Numbered from the whole stretch's first letter, positions 20,983 to 34,946 are shown. The stretch: 63,972 nucleotides of DNA, filler included, from Craspedostauros australis (GCA_030167865.1; 9 parts of 9 records of this genome joined end to end with filler, not necessarily neighbours in it); one strand, 5' to 3'. The notes: generated by a model not told the origin, from the letters alone. Numbers and translations are program-made.

Positions 20983-23900
20983 TGTCGAGATGTACATGTG
21001 AGTATATGTCAAGATGTACGTGTATATGTGCATCGTTCACCCATTATTCTCTAATACGCACTTGGGCGGTATAACTATATTCGTGTCGATAGTATACTGT
21101 GATTCGTCAGAATTACAGTGGAAATGGAACACACGAAAATGAGCAGAATTTCTGGAGGAAATTTGCAATCGATGATTTCTGAGAGAATTAGAACCATCGT
21201 CCATCCATCCATCAATGGACACGCATGGTACCAAGAGAATCTCAAGGTACTTCCCAACTAAACCTCAGATGACGATAACACCTGACAGGCTGCTGCATCA
21301 CCAATGGAACGTGACATCTGGAGAGCAGAAGGACACCTACTGACGTTGACAGGATGTCATTGTGTCACCACGTCGACAGCTGTCTCCAAGTCAGAGCAGG
21401 AGATGAAGATCCGATGACCGAAGGACATCGAGATCATGGATATGAGAGGTGAAGTTCAAATGGTAAGTACTCATGGAGTAGGAACCAGTAGGGAATGAAC
21501 AGAGTATTGAACGCAGAGTACGCATCGAACACGGAGTATCGTGTAGCACGAAACACACGATGCTAAGACAGAGAGAGAGAGAGAGAATACAGAGAGGAGC
21601 GAGAGAGGATCTCGCGTACCAACTCATAGTCGGAGACTGAATCTACGAAACAGATTGAAGCGCCGAGAGCATCGGGCAAGAGAACGGNNNNNNNNNNNNN
21701 NNNNNNNNNNNNNNNNNNNNNNNNNNNNNNNNNNNNNNNNNNNNNNNNNNNNNNNNNNNNNNNNNNNNNNNNNNNNNNNNNGCGGAACTTGCCAACACGT
21801 TTATAAACGATAGATCAGGGCGAGCCCGCGAATCGTATCGTGCGAGGAAGACGAACATCATTCAAGAGCAGTAGGCTGAATGAGCGAGGAAGAGGAATTG
21901 AAAGATATCCCTCTGTCCAATCCAGCTATCAAGCAAGAAGAAGGTGCAAGTGAGACTCCATCACGACAAGAGAAGGAAGCAGCCGCGGCTACTGTCCTAT
22001 CAGGCGCAGACGCAAGCGCGATCAACGAGACCAAAGAAGAACGGTCTGCGAGACTACATCGCGAGGAGAAGAGGATTCTCAAGGCGATCAAGCAAGAGGA
22101 GACTGGTGTGACGAAGAGCATTCGCACAGCCAAANNNNNNNNNNNNNNNNNNNNNNNNNNNNNNNNNNNNNNNNNNNNNNNNNNAGACACCACCAGGAGG
22201 AGAATTTGTGACGAAAACAATCTCCGCGCAACAACAAGCGAAATTCGAAAAAGTGACAACACAGAAACAAACGGAAATCAAGAGCGCAAGCGCACCAACA
22301 ACGAAACAATGAATCAACATGGCGACATCAGCCAACATGAACAAGCGACGCATCAAGGCGCCAATGTTCAGCGGTGAACAGGAAGACTACAGCGCATGGG
22401 AGTCCCAAGCGAAGGCGTACGCTCGTGCACAGAAGACGAGAGACGTGATGTTGGGCAAGACCAAGGTCCCAACAGTGAGCGAGATCGCGGCAGCCACCGA
22501 CGATGCCAAGGAAGCGATGGAGGAAATCTACAAACTGGGATGCGACTGCTTCAGCGATCTGATCCTCATGATGGATGCAGAGAAAGGAAAAGGCAAGCAG
22601 GCCATCCAGTACATCAACCAATGCGTCTCCGACGATTATCCCGAAGGAGATCCACACGCAGCGTGGAACGTTCTCGCGGAGAAGTTCCGACCATCCGATG
22701 CAGCAACGAAGATCAAACTCAAGCGCCAATTCAACAACGAAAAGATGAAAAGAGACTTGGACCCTGACATCTACATCACGCGACTCGAGGGTCTACGCTC
22801 GCGTCTCCACGATGTCAAGTACACGATTACGGACGAAGAGATTATCATGCAAATCCTTAGCACGGTGAGCAGAGAATACAAAACTCACATCGTGAACTTC
22901 CACCATCAACTCACGTTTAATCCGGAACTGATTACCATCAACGCGATCAGAGGAGTACTCTGAACAGCATACGCCACTCATCAAGGAGGCAAGGCGTACA
23001 TCGACGACTTCCAAGACAGCAACACGAAGAGCAACGACACCGGCTTCACAAGCACCGGTAACTTCAAGGGCACCTGTCACAACTGTGGTATGTATGGTCA
23101 CAGATCCGCCGATTGCCCAGAACGCAAGAAATCGAACAACAAGAAAAACAACAACAACAACAAGATGAACGGAAAGCGTAACAACAACCGCAACAAGGGA
23201 AGCGGCTTCAACAGGAAGTGCAACTACTGTGGCATCTTCGGACACCGCGAGGCGGAGTGCCGAAAGAAGAAGTTCAACGAGAAGAAGAAGGCCGACAAGC
23301 AGGCCAACACAGCAACACAAGGACACGACAAGAGCGGGCACGAGATGGTACTCTCAGCAAAGGACATGCTGCTCTGCATGTTGGTGTCCAACGACTACAT
23401 CAAAGACTCCTTCTTCGATAACTTCGAGTACGTCGGGAGTGACGACGAAGTGGTGGACGATGAGATCGTCCCAGAGTGGCTCAGTGAGGAGCCAATCATC
23501 CATGAGGTGGATCCAAGACGCGAAGTGAGCTACGAATGCTGCTTCAACGCGAACGACCTGATCGGTCCANNNNNNNNNNNNNNNNNNNNNNNNNNNNNNN
23601 NNNNNNNNNNNNNNNNNNNCAACGAGGCCATCGATAGCGACATCGAGGAGGCCATGAGTGAAGAAGATGACGACGAACCCAACAAGAATGACAGAGGCCG
23701 AGATGAAACGAACGGCGCGGCGCCGCCCGCTCCAGCGGCAGGGAACAACAGATCGGGCATCTTCGACAAAGACGACAGTGATGAAACATAAAATCATCCA
23801 GACGACAGCTTCAATCCAAACGAGCGTGTCGTTTACCCAATGAACATTAAATTCCCACCGATCGAGAGTCCCAACAACTGGAATCACATCCACCGACATG

Positions 23901-24686
23901 ATACGATTCCCTACGCAACAGCAACAGCATTGACGATTCAGAAGCAACTCATCTTCGATGCCGTAATGGAAGCAGGAGTGAAGATGTTCCCAGGAATCGC
24001 ACAAGGAGTGCTCAGACCAATATGGGTGAACATGATGGGATCCATTCTGTCTGAGAACTTCAGATCCATTGAAGAGATTCTCGCCAACTCAGTCATCATC
24101 AACCGACTGTTGGAAGCAGAAGATACAGAAACGATCCCAGAGACGGATCTGCATTACATCCTGGGAGGATGCACGCATGTGCTACTGTGTGAGCGACCAC
24201 GAGTAACACCCTTTGATCCAGTCACCAGAACTCATCAAAACAGCACAGTTCCATCGGACTATGCACAACTACCCGACGACATGGACGACGAAGATCATCA
24301 CAATCCGTACAATGAAGACGGAGTCCACGAAGACGACGACGACGGCAGCTTTGACGACGAGATAGCTGCAGCAGCCGTGGAACAGCTCCAGGAGCTGAGC
24401 ACCAAGCACAAGGACAAGGTCAACAAGGACACCTGGCTCGCCGACAGCGGAGCTTCGTGTCATATTGTCAATTCAGACGCCGCTCTCTTCAACGTGCGGC
24501 ACATCAAATCCTTCGTCCAAGTGGGAGACAGCACGAAGCTGGACTCTCCCAAGATGGGATCCATTCGCTTGAAGGTCAAGCAATGAGACAACACTGGCCA
24601 TATCATCCGGCTTGATGATGTGAAGTACACACCGAAAATGGCGGTGAACCTTTTCTCTACGAACAAGGCTCTGTACAACGGTTACC
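20983..24686 (+). mobile_element. Ty1/copia family A copy 1: 5' LTR (20983-21797) plus degenerate gag-protease from 21880; truncated
   Basis: LTR TGTCGAGA...TTGCCAACA; gag N-terminus FSGEQEDYSAW; two CCHC knuckles (CHNCGMYGHRSADC, CNYCGIFGHREAEC); protease WLADSGASCH; premature stops at 22961, 23789 and 24584. Confidence 0.92.
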
Positions 24687-25107
24687 NNNNNNNNNNNNNN
24701 NNNNNNNNNNNNNNNNNNNNNNNNNNNNNNTTAATTAATTAANNNNNNNNNNNNNNNNNNNNNNNNNNNNNNNNNNNNNNNNNNNNAGTAGGCCACTGGA
24801 TGAGGGTGCTTGGATGTCGCATAAGACAGGTAAGGCCATTGGGCTGTCCGAGTGCAACTGGTCGATTGCTGGGTTGCGGTTTGTCTGGGAGATGCTATTG
24901 GGGGTTGCGGCAATCATGGGTATCTTTGCACTTAATACCATTCCGGTTCCAGTCAGTCCTCATGGGAGCTGCGGTAGAATAGGGTATCTTTGCAAAGTCG
25001 TACCCCCGATTCCTGATACAACAGTCCCCCACCCTCTCATACTCAGATGTGCAATACTTGGCATTCAACAAACACCCATCCATCCATCCCTGTCACACCA
25101 ATGTGCT

Positions 25108-28100
25108 TGTAGAGATATCATTGACACCTGTGTCGAGATGTACATCAGTGTATGTGCATCGTTCACCCATTATTCTCTTCTACTCATGTACGGACGGTAC
25201 AACTACATTCGTGTCAATAGCGAGCTGTGATTTGCCAAAATCACATCACGAAATGGAACACACGAAAACGAACAGAATTTCTGGAGGAAATCTGTAAACA
25301 ACGATTTCTGAGAGTATCAGGAACATCATTCGTCCATCCATCAACAAAACATGTGATATCGAGTCTGGATTGATATACTTCCCAACAAAACCTCAAATGA
25401 CGATACCCTTGCTGACCCATCACATCATCGATGGAATGTGGAATGACAAGGACCTTGGAATCCGACAGCTGATGTTGACAAGATGCCATCGTGTCACCAC
25501 GTCGACATCTGTCTCCAAGTCAGAGCAGGAGGCGAAGATCCGATGACCGAAGTTCATCAAGATCATGGATACAGGAGGTGAAGTTCAAATGGTAAGTACT
25601 AGTTGAGATTCAATGAGGGACAGACTATTACCGAACACGGTATCAACCTGATGGGAGAAATTCTTGCTTTTGGCGCGAAATCTTCCGACTTGATCGACCA
25701 CCAAATCTTTTCTCCTCCTTTCTCTCCTCCATTCACGAATCCATCATGACTCAAACATGACCGACCTGACTCACATCCCACCTTGGGAACTATATGCTCC
25801 TCAGATCCTTTTACTACAACATACCTTGATTCCCTCCATGCTGATGACTACTGCACCACTGCCGTAGTCTTAACGCGTGTATCCAACCTGCTTCAACTCA
25901 AGCAATGGAATCCGAGAGCCAGCTCCAACCACAGCCACTGCTTCATGGTCGTCACTGCCATATGCCATGATCTACACTGCAGTGTATCTACGTGTATGGA
26001 GAGCAAGGCGCTGTAATGACTGTATACCCTGTAGCACTGAACCAAGTACATCAGTGCAGGGTCTCGCCAAGTTGTGTGGCATCGTTTCTTCACCCTACTA
26101 ACACTACAAGCTAACTCATAATAAACACAGACAAGGATTAGCTACAAAGCACTCTACTACTCATCGTTACAGTTATAACTCTTCAAACAGCACACCTCTC
26201 TTGAACTGCATCACACGGCTATCCCGAAGCCGGCAGATTCACGAGGCATTCTCCACCGATTCGCGACGCCTACGCCCGAATCCTAACTGTACTCATGGAG
26301 TAGGAACCAGCAGTGAGTGAACGGAGTGTCAAATGCGGAGTACGCATCGAACACGGAGCATGGTGTAGGACGAAGCACACGATGCTGAGACAGAGAGAGA
26401 GAGAGAGAGAATACGAAGAGCAGCGAGAGAGCATCTCGCACACCAACTCATAGTCGGATACCGAATCTACGAAACAGATTGAAGCGCCGAGAGCATCGGG
26501 CAAGAGAGAGGACACCAAGAGGATCGGAGTAGCCAAGTAACGAAATAGCAAACAAACGACTATCAACCAACACCATCTTCCACGATCGTGGGCTTCCAAT
26601 CACAGAACTTGCCACCACGTTTATAAACGATAGATCAGGGCAAGCCTGTGGATCGGATTGTGCAAGGAAGACGAACATCATTCAAGAGCAGCAGGCTGAA
26701 TGAGCGAGGAAGAGGAATTGAAAGACATCCCTCTGCCCAATCTGGCTATCAAACAAGAAGAAGGTGCGAGTGAGACTCGACTTCAAGAGCAGAAGGAAGC
26801 AGCTGGGGCTACTGTCCTATCAGGCGCAGAGGCAAGCGCAATCGACGAGACCGAAGAGGAACGGTCTGCAAGACTACACCGTGAGGAGAAGAGGATCCTC
26901 AAGGCGGTCAAGCAAGAGGAGACTGGTGTGACGGAGAGCATTCGCACAGCCAAACAGGGTGAGAAAAGTGAGACACCACCAGGAGGAGAATTTGTAACGA
27001 AAACAATCTCCGCACAACAACGAGTAAAAATCGAAAAAGTGACAACACAGAAACAAACGGAAATCAAGGGCGCGAGCGCACCAACAACGAAACAACAAGA
27101 CAAGATGGCAACATCAGCCAACATGAACAAGCAACGCATCAAGGCACCAATGTTCAGTGGTGAACAAGAGGATTATAGCGCATTGGAGTCCCAAGCGAAG
27201 GCGTACGCTCGTACACAGAAGACAAGAGACGTGATGTTGGGCAAAACAAAGATCCCAACAGTGAGTGAGATCGCGGCGGCCAGCGGAGAAGACAAGGACG
27301 CACTAGAGGAAACCTACGAGCTGGCAGGTGACTGTTTCAGCGATCTGATCCTCATGATGGATGCAGAGAAGGGAAAGGGCAAGCAGGCCATCCAATACAT
27401 CAATCAATGCATCTCCGACGATTACCCTGAGGGGAATCCACATGCGGCGTGGAACATTCTCGCAGAGAAGTTCCAGCCATCCAATGCGGTGACAAAGATC
27501 AAACTCAAGCGCCAATTCAACAACCAAAAGATGAAGAGAGACTCAGACCCCAACGTATACATCACGCGACTCGAGATACTACGCTCACGTCTCCACGATG
27601 TCGGATACACGATCACCAACGAGGAAATGATCATGCAAATCCTCAGTACGGTAAGCGTGGAATACAAGACACACGTCGTGAGTTTCAACCACCAACTCAC
27701 GTTTAATCCGGAAGTGGTCACCATCAACGCGATCAGAGGAGTACTCTGTGAAGCACATGCCACTCATCAAGGAGGGAAGGCGTACATCAATGACTTCCAA
27801 GACAGCAACACGAAGAGCAACGACAGCGGCTTCATGAGCACCGGTAATTTCAAGGGGACCTGCCGCAACTGTGGCGTGTATGGTCACAGATCCGCCGATT
27901 GCCCAGAACGCAAGAAATCGAACAACAAGAAAAACAACAACAACAACAACAAATGAACGGAAAGCGCAACAACAACCGCAACAAGGGAAGCGGCTTCAAC
28001 GGCAAGTGCAACTACTGCGGCATCTTCGGACATCGCGAGGCGGAGTGCCGAAAGAATAAGTTCAACGAGAAGAAGAAGGCCGACGAACAGGCCAACACAA

Positions 28101-30923
28101 CAACGGAAGGACACGACAAGAGCGGGCACGAGATGGTACTCTCAGCAAAAGACATGCCACTCTGCATGATGGTGTCCAATAACTACATCGAAGACTCCTT
28201 CTTCGATAACTTCGAGTGCATTGGGAGTGACGACGAAGTGGAGGACGATGAGATCGTCCCGGAGTGGCTCGGCGAGGAGCCAATCATCCACGAGGTGGAT
28301 CCAAGACGTGAAGTGAGCTACGAATGCTGCTTCAACGCAAACGACCTGATCGGTTCATACGGCGGCGGAGCCGAGATGGGCAACGAGGCCATCGATATCG
28401 ACATCGAGGAGGCCATGAGCGAAGACAACAAAGACGCCGACGAAGATGGCGCAGACGAAGACGACGACGATACTACCAGAGACGGGGCGAACCGCGCCGA
28501 GGCGTTGCCTCCCCCAGCAATGCGAAACGAGAGAACGGGCATCTTCGATGAAGAGGACAGCGACGAAGCTGAGGACGATCCAAACGATGCGTTCAATCCC
28601 TATGAAGCTGTCGTCTACCCAATTCGAATCCAATTCCCACCGGAGCCGAACCCCAGAAGAGTCGACGACATCTACCGACTCCAAACCTTTCCAAAACCAA
28701 CGGTCACTGCAAAACGAATGCAGAAGCAACTCATCTACGACACGGTTCTAACAGCTGCAATACCGATGTTCCCAGGGTTCGTGAACAAACCATTGCAATA
28801 CATTTGGGTGAACATGGTAAGCACCATCCTATCCAATAACTTCAAATTGATTGAAGAGATCCTCGCAAATGTAGCCATCCTCAACCGACTACTGCAAGCA
28901 AACGAAGAAGACGAACTCTCCAAACTGGACTTGCACTACGTGCTTGGAGGATGCATGCAGGTGCTCCTGCGCGAGCGACCACGCGTCACACCGTATGACA
29001 CGGTCACCAGAGTTCATTGAAACAGCACAGTCCCAGCGCACTTCGCAGAACTACCAAGCGATGATAACATGGATGATGAAGATCATCACAATCCGTACGA
29101 CGGGGATAGAGTCCACAAAGACGACGACGATGGCAGCTTCGACGATGAGATAGCTGCAGCTGCCATGGAGCAGCTCCACAAGCTGAGCACCAAGTACAAG
29201 GACAAGGTCAACAAGCACACCTGGCTTGCCGATAGCGGAGCTTCATGTCACATCGTCAATTCGGACGCCGCCCTCTTCAACGTGCGGCACATCAAGTCCT
29301 TTGTCCAAGTGGGAGACAGCACGAAACTGGACTCTCCCAAAATGGGATCCATTCGCCTGAAGGTCAAGCAACGAGACAACACTGGCCACATCATCCGGCT
29401 CGATGATGTGAAGTACACACCAAAAATGGCGGTGAACCTTTTCTCTACAAACAAGGCTCTGTACAACGGCTATCAACTTGGTAGCAACGGAATCTTGATG
29501 GACATCATCAACGGATCCGGAACGAAGATCGTGTTCGATCGAGTCTTCCCTACATCCAACGGATTCATCACAGGAGTGCAGATGCATCCCATCAAGCCAT
29601 CAGACAACGACAAGGCTTGCACAGCCATCATCAAGAGTCCATGCAAGGAGATCAGCGCGGTGAACTTGCATCGAATGCTCGGACACGCGCCACTCGAGAC
29701 CATGAAGCGGACAGCCGCTCAATATGGATGGAAGATTATCGGCGAGATGCCGGTATGTCGCGACTGCGCGGTCGCGAATGCGAGACTGAAGAAGATCTCG
29801 AAGGCAACAATCCCAAGAGCAACTCGCCGTGGCGAACGTCTCTTCATTGACATTAGTTACACTAAACACATAAGCTTCGGAGATAAACGCTACTGGACCC
29901 TGATTGTGGACGACTGCATGGATCACTGCTGGAGTTTCTCTCTCAAGAACAAGAGTGACCAACCAGGGTACATCAAACGATTCGTCCAGACGATCAAGTC
30001 ACAGACTGGTGATCAACAAATCATCTTCCGAGGTGACAACAGTGGAGAGAACAAATCCACGCAGGATATTCTCATCGATGCAGGACTCAACGTGAAATTC
30101 GAGTTCACAGCATCGAACACGCCGCAACAGGACAGTAGAGTGGAACGCAAGTTCGCGTACCTCTACACCAAGATCCGCTCCATGCTCAACGGANNNNNNN
30201 NNNNNNNNNNNNNNNNNNNNNNNNNNNNNNNNNNNNNNNNNNNNNNNNNNNNNNNNCATCACCGTAGCGAAGAACCAGAAGGAGTCACCACATTGCCAAT
30301 TCTTTGGCAACGATCCACCATATGCGGATGCACTTCGCACTTTCGGAGAGGTGGGTGTTGTGAAGACTACCTATGGCAGGATCACTGCCAAACTCAAGAA
30401 CAGAGGAGAAGAGATGGTGTTCATCGGATATGCACACCAACACGCATCAGGGGTCTACAACATGTACAGACCATCAACCAAATCACTGGTCTGTTCTTGC
30501 GACATCAAGTGGCTCAACCAATCATACGGACAGTTTTGCGGCTGGGCTCCAGCGCCGAACATATCCATTGAAACAGGAACAACGGACGCAGACGGCTTCA
30601 CAACTATTGGACGGAAGGGAGCAATGCCAAAGACGGCAACGCGTCAAGCATCAGAAGCAAAGAGAGTATCTTTCGCTGACACGAACAAATATCACATCCT
30701 ATCAGACAGCGATGATGAGGATGATGAAGATGATGGAGCAGTAACTCAACTAATTCATAACGACGATGAAGATCGGAGCGAGTCCAACCATGAGGATGAC
30801 GATATCCCACCATCCGGCGACGAAGCCGACGATGACACAGGTGTCACTCCTCCGAACACACCAGCAAGATCTACGCATGATACACAATCGAGACCTCCAC
30901 CAACCAAACCAAGCAAGCGTGAC
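25108..30923 (+). mobile_element. Ty1/copia family A copy 2: interrupted 5' LTR (25108-26617) plus gag-PR-IN from 26700; truncated before RT
   Basis: Same LTR and gag; frameshift at the (AAC)n tract near 27950; TGA at 29018; protease WLADSGASCH; integrase HRMLGH...CRDC, ERLFIDI, RGDNSGE, TPQQDSRVERKF. PR-IN order indicates copia. Confidence 0.93.
25601..26288. mobile_element. 688-bp non-coding insertion (family C; solo LTR or MITE) with AGTT...AACT ends and TSD GTACT
   Basis: The intact LTR A reads GGTAAGTACTCATGG. Here GTACT is at 25596-25600 and 26289-26293; termini AGTTGAGATTC / GAATCCTAACT form an imperfect 11-bp inverted repeat. Confidence 0.85.
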
Positions 30924-31023
30924 NNNNNNNNNNNNNNNNNNNNNNNNNNNNNNNNNNNNNNNNNNNNTTAATTAATTAANNNNNNNNNNNNNNNNNNNNN
31001 NNNNNNNNNNNNNNNNNNNNNNN

Positions 31024-31820
31024 GGTGGCAGATGTGCTGTTCGATCTTTGCTGTCATTGTTCATTGGAGACATGAGAGACTCGTGGACGAATACAACGTA
31101 TGGGTGATCAATGTCATATGCAAGCACCCTCTCTGCTTGGAATTGTGGAGGATTGGAAGCAAGATGCAATTCGGGTGTTGCTGTTGCTTCCTTGTGGGGG
31201 CTGGAAGATCGAGGGTGCAGTGGTGGCTTGGGTGTGTGTTTTGGAGATGGCACCATGGTAGTATGGGTGCAGTGATCATGCGAGTATGATGATTTTTGTG
31301 AGTGCAATGAAATTGTGAGCTCCATGATTGTTTGAGTTTGCGGAAGGTGCGATGTCGCAAAGCCAAGACAAAATGAAGATGAATATCACAAGTGATGATG
31401 TTGCCACACCCATGCATGCTTGAAGGAAGGAGGTGATAAAGATGTAAAGGACACAAGAGGAGATGACAACCTTGGAAGAGGAAAGCAAGGAATCGCTGAA
31501 AGCAAAGTACAACAGCAGTTTCAGCGAGTGTGATGTGGAAAAACGAATTTGACGTTGCCAGCCTCGCAGTTTGAGCCTTGCCGAACAGTTTCACTTCAGT
31601 CCCATGGTGCAGAATTAATTCAGGAGTACCTCAGGCTTGATTATCAATAAGATGGCAGTAACAAACATAAAACTTAAACATATTCATTGGAAAGCTGTGC
31701 TCAACAGCTTTCTAAAGATGTAAAGAAAGTGGTATTGTTCACAGATGTTGTTGTCAAAAATGAAAAGAACTGAAACTGAAAACAAGAAACAATGTATTAT
31801 ATTGTCTAGGTCATGAACGG
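31024..31820 (-). mobile_element. Degenerate 5' end of a piggyBac-like element
   Basis: Terminus CTAGGTCATGAACGG followed by ATAG; ~210-bp subterminal region colinear with 19015-19224 (ATTCAGGAGTACCTCAGGCT, AGCTTTCT...TAAAGAAA). Left boundary is uncertain. Confidence 0.6.
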
Positions 31821-34800
31821 ATAGTACAGCCTTGTCCTCACTTCAGGTCTATTCCCTGCCCACGTGTTTGGACCTCCTCTCTGCTAGTCATTTCTAACAG
31901 CCAGCATTGGCTTCTGTCTGTTGTTCATCTGTTCTCCTCTTGGCTTTTTGTTTCGGTGTCAAGGAACCTGCACGCACTCAAATCACAACACAAGAAGCAA
32001 CACGGAAAACAACACTTCCGCCACCAGTCTCTTTCTGCACCATGCCANNNNNNNNNNNNNNNNNNNNNNNNNNNNNNNNNNNNNNNNNNNNNNNNNNCTA
32101 GGTCATGAACGGATAGTACAGCCTTGTCCTCACTTCAGGTCTATTCCCTGCCCACGTGTTTGGACCTCCTCTCTGCTAGTCGTTTCCAACAGCCAGCATT
32201 GGCTTCTGTCTGTTGTTCATCTGTTCTCCTCTTGGCTTTTTGTTTCAGTGTCAATGAACCTGCACGCACTCNNNNNNNNNNNNNNNNNNNNNNNNNNNNN
32301 NNNNNNNNNNNNNNNNNNNNNNNNNNNNNNNNNNNNNNNNNNNNNNNNNNNNNNNNNNNNNNNNNNNNNNNNNNNNNNNNNNNNNNNNNNNNNNNNNNNN
32401 NNNNNNNNNNNNNNNNNNNNNNNNNNNNNNNNNNNNNNNNNNNNNNNNNNNNNNGACCAAAGGAGAAGTCACTGTGCTCCATTCCACCATATTGTATTAC
32501 AATATATATTATTATGTTGTGTAGTATTCGCAAGTGTTGCTATTGTTGTGGACGTGGAAGTGGACATGTAGGGATGCCACCACCATCGCCGTGCTCCATG
32601 ACACAACACGAACAAAGGAGGCAATCCCTCACCAAGCCAAATCCAAAACGACGCGAGGAATCAACGCGGCGCCGAATCTGCCAAAACATCGCCATCCACA
32701 CCGTTCGATACCATCGCAGTCTGACATTGACCGTCAATGACGTCATCATTTTCGTCCACGATGAGGACAAGTCAGCCAGGTATTTGTGTCGTAGAAGCTA
32801 GCTAAAAATATCTAAGCCTATGCGACAACAAGCTACACCGTGTGCTAATAAAGTAATGTTGTCCGATAAAAAATCGGCAGGATCGTACGATTGTACCCTG
32901 AATGGGGTCGTATGTTGTGGCACTCGTCTGTCTCGATTCTGCTGACATTTGGAGATCTTCCAATCAGTGGTAGCACGGGTACTCTTGAGAGTACTCTCAG
33001 TGCTCATACTCGTACCAATGCTCGTACCAATACTCTCATAGCTCGAGGAAGAAGTTGAGTGAGTTTTCTCTCTGATCCGATCTCTTGGAGGAGGCAGGAT
33101 GTCATCTTTGCGGCTCCTCAGGGCGGCTCCCTTGACTCCTTGGATTTGCACCTGGCGTAACCAAACAGGACAAGACAGGACAAGACAGATCGGATGACAG
33201 GGGGATCAATCAAGAGGACAACGCCCGATTCCTTTTCTCCATGGGATGGAGATGTGCCCAACCAATGCAACGGAGAATCCATGACTGAAACCGTGCACAA
33301 TGGTGTCCAACTCTTCACGTCATTCTTGGTTCTTCTTCTCTGTTGATTTCGCGAACTTGTCGGCGAAAGTCATCGGTCGGATTTTATATTCACGACCAGT
33401 CGTACCCGCTACATGCACAAAGAGAGAAAGAATGGATGAGAGGCGGGTGGCACGAGAGGACTCTGTATGAAAGATGAGCCCTGCGGTAGAGCGTTACGTG
33501 TGTATGCATATATGAAGTCAGTCAGTTACCCCGATCTGCCGGCACCACCAGACATGCAGAGAGATATCACATTCAAAAGGATCAGGAGATATAATACATA
33601 ATAATACGTACGGAGAAGCCAAACATGACGAGAGGCGATGGTGCTGGAACAATTGTATGGCTGAATCTGAGCTGTCTGCTTTGGTTGGAACATGTGAAGA
33701 GCGCAAGTGTTCCATCAACTTCATCGACAACAAGAGCATAGTGAAGCACTCAGGTAGATCCAGAGCAGATCTGGCATCACGTGTGCTCTGCATATGCAAA
33801 TTCAAAGCAGCAGGAAGATGGTCAACCACTGCCTCTTGCGCAGTTGCATTGAAACAGGAACATGATGAACACGATGAACACGATGAACACGATCAACCGG
33901 GGGACTGACTACTCCACGCTACGCCACGAGAATTCGGATACTATGCCGCGGGATGCTACGCCAGGAGAATGCTTCAAGGGACGATCCAATCACTCCAGGC
34001 ATCACTGATGCTGTCGGCGAATCTTCGTCTTCTCATGTTCCACTGTCTGCCAGTGACGGCCGTTACGGTCCGCCGCAACAATCTCGAACCTTGACTCCCA
34101 CCAATGCGGTTGGCTATTTGTTCCCACAACTTCGAAGCAGTGGTTGAGCAGCCGCGTGTTCTCATCTTGCATTCCAGCGCACTTTCAAGTAGCCATTCTC
34201 GTGCCTGCTCTCTGGAGGAGGGTCATGAATCTTGGCATCAGGGGAATGGAACACCGCCTGCGAAGGCTTGGTAATGATGATGATTGAATGATCGATATTC
34301 CTGTCTTGCGTGGTTCCACATCCCGCGCCGTGAGAGTTCGACAGCTGTCGATTCCTCAACCTGGCAGCATCTCCGGGGTAGAGACAATTGGTCGTTGCTC
34401 TTGAGGAAGCGTACGCCTAGATGGCCGACGTTCGGCCTCTTGGTTTTGACCTGGCTCGTAGCCGTTTCGGTCTTGTGGATGCATGTCCGTCTCCTGCTTG
34501 TTATTGTTCGGTTGCTGCCAATAATAATGCGAGTAAGCGGAGTCCGCGTCTTCTTGACTCCGCTCGTACCTTCGAGCATCATGATGAATGAGCCTTGAAC
34601 GTGTGACGTTGATGTCTCTATTTGACTGTTATAATATGTATATGTACAGCCACAATCTCAACACACGTAAGTGAACGAGTATTTGCTACATGCATGCTCC
34701 ACTGTATTCACAAGGCTGAGGTTGGATGGCCGCTGAATGGCGGGGAAATGAGCTACCTTTGCGAGTGGAATGATGTGAGCACCAATCAATGCTCTCGCAA

Positions 34801-34946
34801 TAGACACAGATGAAGACTCTCGACCAGCACCGGCATGCATCTCAGCAATACGCAGCTTGCATGTATTCCCCTCCAAAGAGTAACTACAATGAACATTGAT
34901 CGCACTTGCATGCTTCGTCACTTGCATCCTTCACTTCTGCTCTGGA

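Noticed and set aside
27930..27960. Programmed gag-pol frameshift at the (AAC)n tract
   Set aside because: Copies 1 and 3 read through in frame (AAC AAG ATG, AAC AAA ATG); copy 2 has a private 1-nt deletion.
31806..32271. Apparent tandem duplication including a second piggyBac end at 32112
   Set aside because: The copies sit either side of a 50-N gap and differ at only a few bases; probably uncollapsed alleles, so not counted as an independent terminus.
32455..34930. Short ORFs between the piggyBac end and the first gene
   Set aside because: No recognisable motifs or coding bias, so left unannotated; the same applies to 8100-10300 and 24787-25107.
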